This document shows, piece by piece, positions 14,049 through 28,189 of a stretch of DNA of 64,000 nt. Origin of the DNA: Octopus vulgaris (Eukaryota); assembly GCA_951406725.2 (NCBI GenBank), contig OX597828.1:73284001-73348000 (forward strand), written 5' to 3'. A program made the translations under genes and the position numbers. A model generated the notes under the pieces. That model made no database searches and was not told the DNA's origin. It saw nothing but the letters and a program-made list of their open reading frames with translations. Positions within the stretch are counted from its first letter, which is position 1, and every line of letters starts with the position of its first letter.

Positions 14049-15047
14049 TATATATATATATATATTTATATATATGCATGCAAGTATATACACATTCCCA
14101 TATATCTTATATATATATATATATATACATACACACAAATACATGCATTCATACATATATACATAATACGCACATACATACATGTATACATGTATGCATG
14201 CAGACATGTAAGTCAAACATAAGTGATGAAGATTGATTAGTGGTTATTGAGCCTTTGGTCGTTATCCAGTCTGATGTTTCCAAGAGAATCTTTACCATTC
14301 GATAGGTGATCCGACTTGACTTCCATACATTATACTCCCTAATGCAGTACAAATCTACGATCATTATATTTATGAGGAATACTAATATTCATTATGCTTC
14401 GCTGTTTTTGTTTTTTTAATTATTATTGCATTTCAAAGGAGGTCGTTGATTCGCAGAATCATTTGAGCGTATGACAAAATATCATATGGTTGTGAGTTCA
14501 AATCCTGCCGAGGTCAGATTTGTCTTTCATCTATTCGGTTCCGCTAAAATGAAAGAGAAATTCATATAATCAACTAATCACGCTGCCCTCAGAAGTGGTG
14601 CCCCTGCTATTAAAGTGTAATACTTCAGGACAGGCTTTTGGTAGAATCGGTGCAATGTGCCACAAAAATGTTGTGGCATTTGTTCCAGCTTATTAGGTTC
14701 TGAGTTCAAATCACGCTCAGTTTACCTGCAAATTCATCTTCGCAAAAGCATGTAATTAATAGACATTTCAAGTATTTACTCAAATAATTATTTCACAAAT
14801 GTTTGACCTTCAGTTTCAATCGGAAGTTATTCTTTCTTTTTTTTCTGGTGTTAATGGTTTGAAGAGGAAGTTGAGAGTAATGAGGATGCGACTGCCTTGC
14901 TGTTGGTTTGTGACGAGTTACGCGGGAGTAACAGGCATCGCCAGTGTTGAGTGGTGTACTCTGAGCATGAGTCTGTACACAAAGAAATATACAAACGTAC
15001 ACGGTATATGAATACATTTATACTCATATACATGCATATAAATGCAA

Positions 15048-15092
<45 letters not shown>

Positions 15093-17459
15093 TATATATA
15101 TATACGTGTAACAATCCCAAAAGCGTATGCGAACATGCATGCACACATGCGCGCGCATATATATATACTTCATATATATTATGCATACATACGTATATAT
15201 ATATATGTAGGTGTATGTGTGTGTACACGCGTGCATTCGTGTGTGTCGGACAGATGCAGACAACATGTGACCAGGTCCGCCGCCAGATGCTGGAACAGAT
15301 GTTGTCCTTGGCTTGACGAGGGAAGGAAAGAAGGCAAGGCAAGGCAGGACTTAGTCCATTGGCGGCCCTCACTCGTTACGACACAAATATTTCTTTGGAA
15401 ATTGCAACTATATTGTACATATATATACCCACAACTATAAATGACCCCTTAACTTCAAGAAATGAAATATAGATTCAGCTGAAAAGAAAATTTGTGCTAT
15501 GTATATAAAACTTTCATTGAAATTCCCCAAGAAATGGAACGTGTATGTACAATAAATTTCAGTCTTCTAATTTGATTCCACAATTTCAAATTCTTATTGT
15601 TGATATCTTAATATTTTCGAAATAATGCCCTCAACTTCGTTACTTCAGTGACAATGTTTCGTTATAGGTACCCACCTCATCGTCTCTCTTCAACTGTCTG
15701 ATTTTACCATAAACATTCTAGAAATGCCAAGAACATAACCGAACACCATAAAGACCCGAAGGTGAGCGGAGACCCCGCAGCCAAAATTTTGTAATTATCA
15801 CAGTCAAGATGATAATCCTTAGCACAGAAGTGCAAACAAATCCTAATGTATTTGATAGCATATAAGACACATTTTTCCCAAGCATATACGTCAAAAAATT
15901 TATCCATTGTCCTGTATGCGAAGCTATGCCTCCTATCAGCAAAATTTGCTCCTGACGCTCCTATTCGTGGATATGCGCCGCTGAACTTGGTGAGGATCTT
16001 TTACGCCAGAAATCACGACGTTACATTCGTACCTATAACGATTGTTGGATTAAGCTAATTGTTTTGCTAAGTCATTGAACAAAATCCAGGTACGCAATAA
16101 AATAAACCAGATAATCTACTATTTCCAACAAAATCTCCGTTCACCAGAGCTGTGAATAATATGTAAACATTTGGATAAAATTCAACATGGAATTATCACC
16201 TGATTATTTTTTTCTCGTGTTTAAGTTCTTTAAATTCCAGTAAAGAAGATTTGCCTCGACCTTGGTAAGTACTTCCTTGTAGTGAAAATGTAGAGATCTA
16301 AAATACACTCCTATTCTCCCCGTCTCTCTCTCTCTGTCTTTCTCTCCACACACACACATACACACATATATGTGTATATATATTTACACACACACATATA
16401 TGTAAGCATATCTATACACACATATATATAGAGAATGCATTAAATCTTTATATACAAATACCTACACAGACATACACACACATAATCACACACACACACA
16501 TACACACACCCTCTGGATGTTTAATGTCACTAATAGCACAGAACTGTAGATGACAGTCTCTGTAGGGTGGGATCGAAACAGCATTCATCTGATATCGATT
16601 CCATTTCTACCTTTATTGCATGACATGCAATTAAGGACGTAATGCTCAATGAAGCAGAACACATTGGGATTTTGATTTCATCACGTGATCACAGCAGGAA
16701 GTTGTTAGGGATGTTAGCTTTTAGTGAGACTATTCCCAAAGGTGAGGGGTTAGTGTTAGCGAGAGGGGGTAGATGCACATGCGTGTCTGTCAACATGCAC
16801 ACACACACACACACACAATAACACACGCATATTTGTATACAAAATTCTATATACAATCAATCACACACACAGACATACACACACACGCGCATATTTTTAT
16901 AGAAACTTCTATATACAATCAATCACACACGCGCGCACACACACACATACATTTCTGTAAAGACACATACGTACATTCATCACTCACACACGCATATTTG
17001 TACACACACCCATGAACACTGTTGATCATACACACGCACACACACACACACACACACACATGTAGATATACACACATATATTCGCACACTCTTGGAGAGA
17101 CACGCACACACACACGCGCACACACATTTGTATATATAGAGACACAGTCACCTGCGCATATATTTTCTTATACAGATGAATAGACAAAATCGCATACACA
17201 CATATACAAACGCAAACGTAGTTACATACAATCATATCAACACAACACATCACACACACAAACACACACACACGCACATATTTGTATATAGAGCCACAAA
17301 CACATATACACATATATTAGTAAACGAATACACAGACACAATCACACATACATACAATCAATCACGCACGCACGCACACGCACAAACACAAGCACACACG
17401 CACATACACGTCCTCTAATATGTTCACAAGCACAATTAATAGCTACGAGTAATGAAAAT

Positions 17460-17630
17460 GAGTCTCCGTCGCTTGTAATGATGAGCGTTCCTCTTGTTCG
17501 CTCAACCGAATAATCTGCTCATAAAATTAAACGCATGAATGGCTGAATATTCCGCAGTTATGTGTACTTCACTGTAAATCAGTGTGGCAGGGTGTGTGAC
17601 AAGACCTGGCGGTCCGAATTACAGGTACAA
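17460..17630 (-). mobile_element. Diverged 3' region of SINE family C type
   Basis: Reverse complement resembles 10750-10890. Confidence 0.5.
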
Positions 17631-18104
17631 ACCTTACGTCATGCTTCAGCACAGTTTCTGTCTATACAACCTTATTCTAAAACGCTTGGGAAGTCAGATG
17701 GCCGAAAATCGAAACTAAGGTAAAACGTTGGATGAAAGAAAACAATGAAAACTGATCTTCTTAGCCACGTGACCACGTCAGCGTCGATGAATTCTTTCGA
17801 ATTTTTGCATAAGGCCAGCACTTTTTCTGGGCTAAGTAGGTTATGTTGCCCTTAGTATTTGACTGGGTCATTATTTTATCGACCCCTAAAAGAGAGGGGG
17901 GGGGCAGAGTCGACCACCGTGGGAATTGAACTCACAACGTAAAGAGCGGGATGAAATGCTGGTAAGTATTTTGTCCGACGGGCTAATGATTCTACTACGC
18001 TGTCGTCTTATGCCAGCGTCTAATATGCATGTATGCATGTATGTATATATGTATGTGTGTATGTATGTATATATGTATGTATTTTGTATCATATAACCGA
18101 TATA

Positions 18105-18251
18105 TATCGTCTGTCTTTATGTTCTGAGTTCAAATTCCGCCGAGGTTAACTTTGCTTTTCGTCCTTTCCGACCAGTTACGTACTGGGGTCGATGTAAACG
18201 ACTTAATCCCCTCGACTGTGCTTGTTTGTTCCCTCTGTGGGCAATATAGAA

Positions 18252-18252
<1 letters not shown>
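18105..18252 (+). mobile_element. SINE family B, headless copy with internal deletion
   Basis: GTTCTGAGTTCAAATTCCGCCGAGG...CTGGGGTCGATGTAA...TGTGGGCAATA. Confidence 0.75.
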
Positions 18253-18339
<87 letters not shown>

Positions 18340-19094
18340 GTACGGATGCATGTGTGTGTGCATGCTTGTGTGTATGTGTGTGTATGCACTCACATAGAAT
18401 CTTCATTCACCATTTCTTTGATAAGAGTATCCGTTATCAGGTACCACAATGATCGTCTAAAGAGTGAATAGAGATGATTTTTAAAAATCACTCACTAATA
18501 ATTTCTAGGTTCCTTCTTCCAAGTAATTTCCAATTTGCCCCACCAGTTTTCATCCTTCCTGGGCTTATGCTTCGTTGCACAGGGTTCATTTATTTCTTAA
18601 TCGGAGGTTGATTCAGGCAACGTCAAAACATTTCTACAGACCGAGAGACTTCCATGATACGTGTCAAGGGGCCAGTACTCTATCGAGTTCTGTCTAACTT
18701 AGTAACGATATCGTAATTTGCTATTTGTTCCGAGCCTAGTTCCACTTGCATGTTTTATCAACCCGAGTAGGAGTGACAAAAGATTGCGTTATTACTCCTT
18801 AAAGTTCTTAAACGCCCATGCTAGAGCCACGCGGCGGATGGACTTTGATGTATTTACCACGCCAAAAGGAAATTGCTCGCAAAGTTTTCAGTTGGTAGCC
18901 TATTCGAAACATCATAGTAAACTAGAGAAAACCTTCTGTTAACCAGGGTAGTGGTGGTCGCATGTTCTAGTGTAAACGATTACATAAGCCTACACGAGAA
19001 GCCTGCAGGTGGTCAGTGTACGTGTTAGAAATAACGGTTCAAATAGTACTCAAATCTTTACATGTCTCTTAAGTATACGTTCAACGATTCGTGC

Positions 19095-19275
19095 AAGGTC
19101 TGGAATTTTGGCGGAGGGTGCTAGTCGATTACATCGAACCCAGTACATGACTGGTACTTATTTTATCGACTCCAAAGGCTAAGTTGACCTCGTTTGAATT
19201 TAAGCTCAGAAAAGACGGAAGAAATGCCGCCAAACATTTTGTCCGGTGTGCTAACGATTCTGCCAGTTTGCCGCC
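19095..19275 (-). mobile_element. SINE family B, diverged
   Basis: AGTCGATTACATCGA..CTGGTACTTATTTTATCGAC..GCTAACGATTCTGCCAGTTTGCCGCC is the reverse complement of family B. Confidence 0.7.
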
Positions 19276-19563
19276 TGTGTCCTAAATATGGACAGGATTT
19301 ATTAACAGGTACAACACTGCACAGAAAGGGAATATTCGGCGCGGCTGTTTCGACGCTGAAGAATTGTCACGGCTGATTGGACATTCAAACTGTTTGTGTG
19401 ACCGCAATTTTTGGCACTAGAGGGAAACACACCCACGCATCTGCACGGAGGAATATACATGGATATATAGGTAGAGAGAGTCAGAGATAAATGGAGAAAG
19501 AAGTTTTACATATAGACATATTAAATGCTCCAAAACATAAAGACAGAGAGAATAAGAGAGAAG

Positions 19564-19608
<45 letters not shown>

Positions 19609-20311
19609 AGTTAGAAAACTGAAACATGAAAACAATGTTTTCATTTTGCTCGATTAAGATATGGCCTAGGGCTAAACAGCTTCCGCTCAGCAGTGATAAA
19701 AGCAACACCAGGAGCAGTTACAATAACAAATAAAACAGCAAAGTGCAACTATTATCTTCTCAGCAGGAGGATACAAACTGACTGAGCTGCAGATCGATAT
19801 ATCGATAAAGGTCGAACGGCAACGTTATTTTTTTTTCTCTACCCTTACGTAATAATACCCCAACCCGAACCCAGCGCTAACCCACTGCTACTTGGCGTTG
19901 CTATTGATAGCTTAATCGATCAGTAAGCGATTCAGGAAATGAAATGAAGTAATAATAATAATCTGTTGATCAGGATGTTAAATGAAATGTAAGAAAAAAA
20001 GCAATGGGACGGGATGGAAGAAAAACACATTACTTTCACTTTCACATTTTCCTATCTCTCTCTCTATCTTTATCTCTCTTTCTCCCTCTCAGAAATATGT
20101 AAGTCTGAGCATATATATATATGCATATATACATACATATAAAGGTACATAAACAGAGACATGGTGATGATGTTGATGGCGATTATGATGGTGAAGATGA
20201 TGATGATGATAATGATGACGCTGATTAAGTTATGAAGAGAATAACAATGCTGATCAGGATCAATATAAATATGTATGTGTATGTGTATGTGCATGTGCGT
20301 GTGAGTGTGTG

Positions 20312-20354
<43 letters not shown>

Positions 20355-20524
20355 GGATATGTACAGTCATATGTAGCTATAGTGAAAATATATATATACA
20401 CACATACATGTATATAGATAGGCGGATACACGCACATACATATACACACGAAAACACAAACACACACACATACATATATGCACTCACACATACATATATA
20501 TACATGTGCATGTATGTATCTATT

Positions 20525-20562
<38 letters not shown>

Positions 20563-20573
20563 TATATAAATAC

Positions 20574-20607
<34 letters not shown>

Positions 20608-20830
20608 GTGTATATATGTATATATATATATATAAATATACATATATATATAAGCATATATATGTGTGTATATATATACATATATGTGTATATATGTATA
20701 TATATATATATATATAAATATACATATATATATAAACATATATATGTGTGTATGTATATACATATATATATATATATATATGCATATGTATATATATATG
20801 TATATATATATATGTTTATATTAATATATA

Positions 20831-20911
<81 letters not shown>

Positions 20912-21201
20912 TTTCTTAACCGGCAACCTATTGACCTATTGAAAATGTTATGCTATTAAATATTAAATGATTAGGGCCAAATGTTGCTGTATCGTTCACA
21001 GATTCACTTGATACACACCTGCCTGGTGAGTTGCACAGACGGCGAGGAGCCTTGGGAAGCTAAGACTCACCATTGTCTTGAAGCCACCACTGACATGTGA
21101 GTCGGTAGACGACACATACGTGCATGCCCACACACGTACAGACATATACAGATAAAGATACATACATATATATGTATATATATGCGTGTGTGTGTATATA
21201 T

Positions 21202-21260
<59 letters not shown>

Positions 21261-21423
21261 CTTTACTCGGACAAATCGCCTTTATTCGAACAAATCCACC
21301 GCAGGACTTACTCTTCTGCAGGCCTTGCACTTATTCTATCGGTACCGCTAGTTTACGGGGACGTAAACACACTAACATCGGTTGTCAATCAATGGTGGCA
21401 CACGAATGCATACACTTATATAT

Positions 21424-21630
21424 ACTCTTTTACTCTTTTACTTGTTTCAGTCATTTGACTGTGGCCATGCTGAAGCAATGCCTTTAGTCGAGCAAGTCGA
21501 ACAGAGGACTTATTCTTTGTAAGCCTAGTACTTATTCTATCGGTTTCTCTTGCCGAACCGCTAAGTTCCGGGGACGTAAGCACACCATTATCGATTGTCA
21601 AGCGATGTTTGGGGGACAAACCCAGACACA
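21424..21630 (-). mobile_element. SINE family A, 3' half
   Basis: CTCTTTTACTCTTTTACTTGTTTCAGTCATTTGACTGTGGCCATGCTG...GCCGAACCGCTAAGTT. Confidence 0.85.
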
Positions 21631-21638
21631 TACACACA

Positions 21639-21698
<60 letters not shown>

Positions 21699-21715
21699 GG
21701 TTAAAGATTACTGCC

Positions 21716-22329
21716 CGATCGGGCATTAATCTTTAAATTACAATGCTTTCTTCACTGACAGTTGAAATATTCCAGCATTTGAAACATTAAGTAAATTGGT
21801 GAGGAAGGATACCACGAGTGTGTTGGTACGACGATAACTTGAAAATTGTTTTAGAACTTGTTCAACTGTTTTTTTTCACTCGCATAGTTTAATACTTTTA
21901 ACTCCTTCAGATCTATTTATTCATGACTGACCAAAGATCTATGAATGGATTTGGTAGACAGAAACTGAAAGAAGCCTGTCATATATATGTGTGCATCTTT
22001 GTGTCTGTCCCCACCACCACTTGTTTACATCTACCCCAATAACTTAGCGGTCCAACAAAAGAGACCAATAGAATAAGTACCAAGCTTTAAAAAACAAAAA
22101 AAGTCCTGGGGTTGATTTATTTGATTAAAGATTCTTCAAGATGGTGCCCCTAGTATGGCCACAGTCTAAACACTGAAAGAAGATATACGCATGAGCGTGA
22201 TTGCAGCATAGAGGACACATTTTAACCATTCAGAAACACACAAAGACTATTAACCTCACAAACACTTACTGGTTGTAATATGATGTCAAATTTTCATCAC
22301 ATTGTAATTTAACGATTAATGCCCGATCG
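21716..22329. mobile_element. Mariner-like MITE with a nested SINE A fragment (about 21925-22185)
   Basis: TIRs CGATCGGGCATTAATCTTTAAATTACAATG / CATTGTAATTTAACGATTAATGCCCGATCG. Confidence 0.7.
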
Positions 22330-22662
22330 TCGTCTCGCAGTTGTACTACGCTCGAAATTAGCTTTGTTGTCTGTGAAATACCAACACTCTGATGCTTCAA
22401 AAATTTGTTTATGAAATGTTCTCGCATTCGAAAAATTATTTAACATTAGAATTGACGTTGACGGTAACTGTTGTCAGGGAACGTTTAGTTTAATGATAGA
22501 ACACTGAGTCGGTATCTGAGCGGTACGGGGTTCGATTACTGTAACTGCCCGTTGCCGACTTTTTCCCGTCTTATAAAGGCATTCAATGCTCTCTTCCTCT
22601 TCTGTACTCACACATCTACTACGCTCGAAGTTCGCATTCTTCTCTGTAAAATATACATATAT

Positions 22663-22830
22663 AGGCCCAGGAGTGGCTGTGTGGTAAGCAGCTTGCTCAT
22701 CAACCACATGATTTCAGGTTCAGCCCCACTGCACAGCGGGTTGGGCAAGTTTCTTCTACTATAGCCTGGGGTCGGCCAAAGCCTTGTGAGTGGATTTGGT
22801 TGACGAAAACTGAAAGAAGCCCGTCGTGTA
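22663..22830 (+). mobile_element. SINE family A, 5' half
   Basis: GGCCCAGGAGTGGCTGTGTGGTAAG...GAAAACTGAAAGAAGCCCGTCG. Confidence 0.85.
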
Positions 22831-22845
22831 TGTATATATATATGC

Positions 22846-22916
<71 letters not shown>

Positions 22917-23036
22917 GTGTAAGCACATAAATGCGAATCAAGGTGGAAAAATAGTACTCGAATATCAGAGGTAGAGTAATAAGCTTTTTAATAAAACATA
23001 TATCCTCCGTCTTCCTTTTCTATTGGACTTTCCTCT

Positions 23037-23071
23037 GTTTCTGAAGAAGAGCTTTGCTCGAAACGTTAAGC
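23037..23071 (+). ncRNA. Minimal type I hammerhead motif, canonical core, in repeat family H2 (about 23003-23172)
   Basis: GTTT-CTGAAGA-A-GAGC-TTT-GCTC-GAAAC-GTT-AAGC. Stem I is GUUU/AAGC, stem II is GAGC/GCUC, and stem III is the palindrome ACGU. Confidence 0.7.
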
Positions 23072-23398
23072 CATCTTTTTTCCTTCCCTGAGCGTCTGCT
23101 AATACTTTACATGTACCAAGTCCACGTGTTGTTGTTTTATGTGTTTGTTCTTCGTTTTTTGGATTTACTATTTATATATATATATATATATATATTTACA
23201 TATATACAAACACACATGTATTATTTAAAGCAGTTTGATTTGGGTGTATTCGTCTTCAAGTTTCGTGCGACTTAATTTGGAGCCGAATCAAATCGTTTTA
23301 AACAATAATACATATAGCTCCACCTAAATATGTTGAATGCCGCTTTCTTTCGTCTAAGTAGTACACGGAGTTACATTTATGTATATCTATTTCTATCC

Positions 23399-23454
<56 letters not shown>

Positions 23455-23459
<5 letters not shown>

Positions 23460-23690
23460 AGAGTTTACGAAAAAAAAAAAAAGACGAAGACAGGTATTGT
23501 ACAAAACAAACAGATGTATTAGTATAACGCTCAGGAATAGAAACAAGTCTGTTACGTTTCGAGCCTACGCTCTTCTACAGAAAGGGACACAGAATAAAAA
23601 CAAGGAGAGAAATAAGGAGAGTAAAATCTAGAGAAAAAAAGGAGAGAGAAAATGTGTGTAGTTGCTAACGATCTATCATGGCGACTGACT
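23455..23690 (-). mobile_element. Hammerhead-bearing repeat family H1
   Basis: Minus-strand motif at 23549-23584: CTTT-CTGTAGA-A-GAGC-GTAG-GCTC-GAAAC-GTA-ACAG. The 3' end abuts (TA)n. Confidence 0.75.
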
Positions 23691-24524
23691 TCGGACAATA
23701 TATATATATATACATATATATATTGCTGAAAACAACCAACTGTTTCTGAAGAAATCCTCTCAGACAGCCCAAAACCCCGTACAAAAAACATTGGCGAAAC
23801 GCGGAAAGAATACAAATACAAACAGAAGAATAGATTGAACTGATTAAAGTTGGCGGATTCAATACATCGATAATCAATCAACTCCAGGTCTTTTTGTCTC
23901 TCCAGTGGTTAAGTTCATATTTTAGCGGCTCATTAATTTCCAATACCTTTGCATCGAATCCATTTGACTCTAACAGAAGAATCGTCCGATTGTGTAAAAG
24001 AGAGAACGCTGTAGATGAGAATGGCGTAGACATATAATGGGAGAATGGCTGTTCAGTTTGTTTTACCGAGCGAAAACTTATCTATCTGTCTCGTTGCTGG
24101 CGTGTGGTGGGGCGGCACTGTTCTGTGGTGATTGCGTGATTGCGTATGTGTGTCTGTGAGTGATTGTGTGCGTGTGTGTGCATGTGTGTGTGTGTGTGTG
24201 TTTGTGTGTCAGTGGCTGGTTTTTGTCATCGCTAGTAGCCATTATTGCCGTTGGTTGTCGCCATTCTCATCTTCAATCTTCCCCGCCGATTTCCGATTAC
24301 ATTTAGTTTAAAGACAAAGAACGATGGACTAAGAGAAAAGAAGGATGGATGGAAGGAAGGAAGGAAGGAAGGAAAGAAGGAAGGAACAAAGGAGAAAGAA
24401 AGAAAAGAAATTAGGACGGGCGCATGAAAGAAAACGGGCGGGGAATAATAGTTATCGTTTTGAATGCGTAATAAGAATAATAATGATAATAATAAAATAA
24501 CAATAATAATAATAATAACAACAA

Positions 24525-24600
<76 letters not shown>

Positions 24601-25107
24601 CACGCTGCTATAAAACTAGAATTTTACTCATGATTAGATCGATACATTGAACTGGTTTAGCATATTAAACGCTGAAGATCCTTTGTCATTTGGAAAGGAA
24701 AGGAATCGTATATCATTATATAAATACATACATGTGTGTTTGTGTGTTTGTGTGTATGTGTATATGTGTGTGTGTTTGTGTGTGTGTGCGTATCAAATAG
24801 GCATTCACATAAGGGTAAAGAATGGCTACAAGTACGGCTGGAAGATGGAGGAAGTCTTGTGTAATAAAAGCTACTTGCAAAGCCTATTATGTAAGAACGG
24901 CTACCAAGATGCCCCCGTTTGAAAGATGCGTTTTCTTTTGTAGCAATTACGTGTTGAATGTTGCCTAGAACAATGGCAATGTTTCAAGAGAACAATGCTA
25001 CAATAAAAGCGATTGAACCAAGACAATACGATTTTTAGATAATACAATGAATAGGGCGTCACGATAACCAGTTTTTATCTATATCTATGGGAGGGTAGGA
25101 CAACAAC

Positions 25108-25175
<68 letters not shown>

Positions 25176-26269
25176 AATCGTAATAAAAGTACAATGACAG
25201 CAGAAATAATAACGGGTCGGTTATTGGTACAAAAGAAGGAAAGTTCGGATTACTGGCCAAATTGAAGTATGAAGTTTAGAAATTTATTCTTTCGCCCAAT
25301 TTTTATCTCAAGGGCTCTTGCGCCAAACTACGCCAGTCCTTTGCAATGTATTGTCCGCACAACAATGAAACAATGGAATCGACAATGTACTACGACTTAT
25401 ACAAACACCACTATTACTGCTCTGAATATTTTGACGAACTCCCTGCTGCAATAAATGTGCAATTGCGATCAATAACTGCATTTATGTTGCAAATACTGTA
25501 TGTTTTAAAATTAAGTTTAAAACGGGTTTCCTTCTCATCTAAGAAATGGAGGCGTAACTGGTAACGATCTAAGACAAATTAGAATTAACTGTGTCTTCGG
25601 CCGGATTTGAGACTGGAAACATAGTTGAATGATGTAACTAAAGGATTGTAACACTAGCGATCACTTACCTGTCTATGCATGAAGCACAAGGCTTCTTAAA
25701 ACCATTTTACTCCATTATATCCCGTTTTAGCTTTAACTGATGAGACACAACATACTGAAAGACCGGTGTCCAAGAATTTCATGCGCCCATGAACCCAATG
25801 TGTTATGAACATACACACGTCGTGAAAAGAGTTGTTTTCCTGCGATGCACACAACAGAGACTAGCATATTCACGTTTTAATCGACCGGAATTTTTTAACA
25901 ATAAATCTACAAGTCAAAGTTTCTACGTCTTAAGAAATACATATTTTATTATTGCTGTAAATATCTCCGTTTCCCTTTGATGCATTTTACAACAGATTTC
26001 ATTTAATATTTACTCAAAACATATATAGAACTGATTCCACTCATTTTAGAATATCATTTAGTTATTGCTCCGGGTTATAGGTAAAAAAGAGGGGACCGTC
26101 ATGGTTGGAATATTTTTGATCGTAGTTCAGCTGGATAAGAGTTAAGAAGGAGACAGTCGTCACTCGCGATCGAGTCTGCCTTGGCAGCATGTATGATGGT
26201 TAAATGGCTATCAAGTCGTGAGCAGACATAGACACACCACACTGTCGGCCGAGCACTTCTTGGCCCAGA

Positions 26270-26455
26270 AGGGTATCTAGGATGTAACAGCTAGAGGGAG
26301 AGAGAGAGAGAGGGGGGGATCGCATCAGCTACTGGCTGGTACACATTTACGGCTGAGCAGACTAGAGTAACCTGGAATGAAGTGCCTTGCTGAAAGTTAG
26401 AACGTCTTGCGACTCTGGATTATGAGCCGAGCAATTTAACCACGAGGCAACACTC
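26270..26455 (-). mobile_element. Old tRNA-derived SINE fragment (related to 35775-36078)
   Basis: Minus strand GCCTCGTGGTTAA...AGCAAGGCACTTCATTCCAGGTTACTCTAGTCTGCTCAGCCGTAAATG. Confidence 0.5.
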
Positions 26456-27058
26456 GGTAAGGACTCAACAACAACAATAACAACAACAAAAACAACAATA
26501 GCAATAACCCCAGCAATAACAAGAAAGATCTAACCGCCACATTTTCAGAAATCTGCCCACCTTTTCCTCACTGCATCACTACCACTACATCATCATACCA
26601 CTCGCTTAATACTTCACACAAGCATTTCACCAGACCCACACGCATACCATTATCAACACCGCAACAAGTAAAAAATCCCCGCAGGTTCACGCCACTACGA
26701 AACTCCTTGACACTACGCCATCGTAGCCAAGGGAATCAGTGCACCCCCGCCACCACCTCCACCACTACGCCTGCAATCTACTTCTCTTGCCATTGTCATC
26801 GAAAGGCGATTATCAAAGACAGAAGCACGGTAATTATATAAAACTGTATTATGTTGGTGAAGAATAGGCAAATCTGCCGACAACCGTTTGTAGAGCGGGA
26901 GAGAGGGATAGAGAGAGAGAGAGAGAGGGAGAGAGAGAGAGAGGGGGGAGAGAGAGAGAGAGATCGTGTGTGTGATGGAGAGAGGAAGTTGGAGAGAGTG
27001 ACATATGAAGAAAATGACAGAATTGAAAACAGTGTATAAGTGGGAGTAATAGAGAGAA

Positions 27059-27089
<31 letters not shown>

Positions 27090-27202
27090 AAGAGAGGAGA
27101 GATGAGTTAGGGAGAGAGAGACAAGGGAGAAAACGAGATATATACGGTGATAAAGAGGTAGGAAGATAACAGAGGAAGGCATAAGTGTGTGTAGATAGAT
27201 AT

Positions 27203-27240
<38 letters not shown>

Positions 27241-27249
27241 TGATAGATA

Positions 27250-27400
27250 AGTTTCTTTATTTGCCACACAGGGCTGCACACAGATGGGACAAGTTACAAG
27301 GTAGAGCTTTTCTTTTGGGGGATGAAAAAAAAAACAAAAAACAAAAGAAACAAAAAAAGGGGGGTGGCGCAGGTTTTCGATCAAGAGGGATCGTAAAAGG
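27250..27400 (-). mobile_element. Retroelement 3' end with AATAAA, inserted in (TATC)n
   Basis: Minus strand CTTGTCCCATCTGTGTGCAGCCCTGTGTGGCAAATAAAGAAAC then TATC repeats. Same terminus at 53551-53585. Confidence 0.6.
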
Positions 27401-27479
27401 GAAGAAAAGAACAAAAAAAAAATAAAATAAAAATTTAAAAAATAGACGCAAATAGATAGTCAGGCAGACAGATAGACAA

Positions 27480-27559
<80 letters not shown>

Positions 27560-27791
27560 TCAGAAACTTAGCCTATATGACAAAGCTAAAATAAGGTAGA
27601 GAAAAAAGAAAGAGAGAGAGAGAGAGTCAAGATTAAGTAATGCAGTTTTTAACCCGTCCGAGACTGATTCTTATTTTTAAAGCAATTATCAGTTTTCACA
27701 GGCACATACACGAACATACAGACATACAAGATACTCACACACGCACACACATGCACGTAATGTGTGTGTATGTATCTATGTATGTATGTGC

Positions 27792-27850
<59 letters not shown>

Positions 27851-28123
27851 GGTGTGTATTTATGTCAGCATGTATGTAAATATGTGTGTATGTATTGTAA
27901 GCGTTACTCCAAGACAATCTGATAACAGTCCCACAAGAATTAGTGTAGGAGTTTATAAAAAGAGTGTTTGAGGAACAATGCCAATTATATTCAAAAGAAA
28001 TATCTGCAGTTATTAAATTTTTTATGTTGTAAAAAATAATATTTTTTTCCCTCGCAAACATTATTGGAAGAAGATCAACGGATAATGGAATAATAATGTT
28101 TGTCTTCGTTGTTGTTGTTGTTG

Positions 28124-28157
<34 letters not shown>

Positions 28158-28189
28158 CATCATCATCATCATCATTACTATTATTATTT

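Noticed and set aside
15645-15700. Hammerhead-like GAAACATTGTCACTG on the minus strand, plus a 12-bp inverted match with 16029-16040
   Set aside because: The core lacks C3 and stem II does not pair; at most a decayed relic.
15704-16058. Short complex ORFs on both strands
   Set aside because: No recognisable homology; lengths are as expected by chance.
25737-25775. CTGATGA-GACAC...GTGTC as an active hammerhead
   Set aside because: Stem II pairs but GAAA and stem III are missing; counted only as degenerate.
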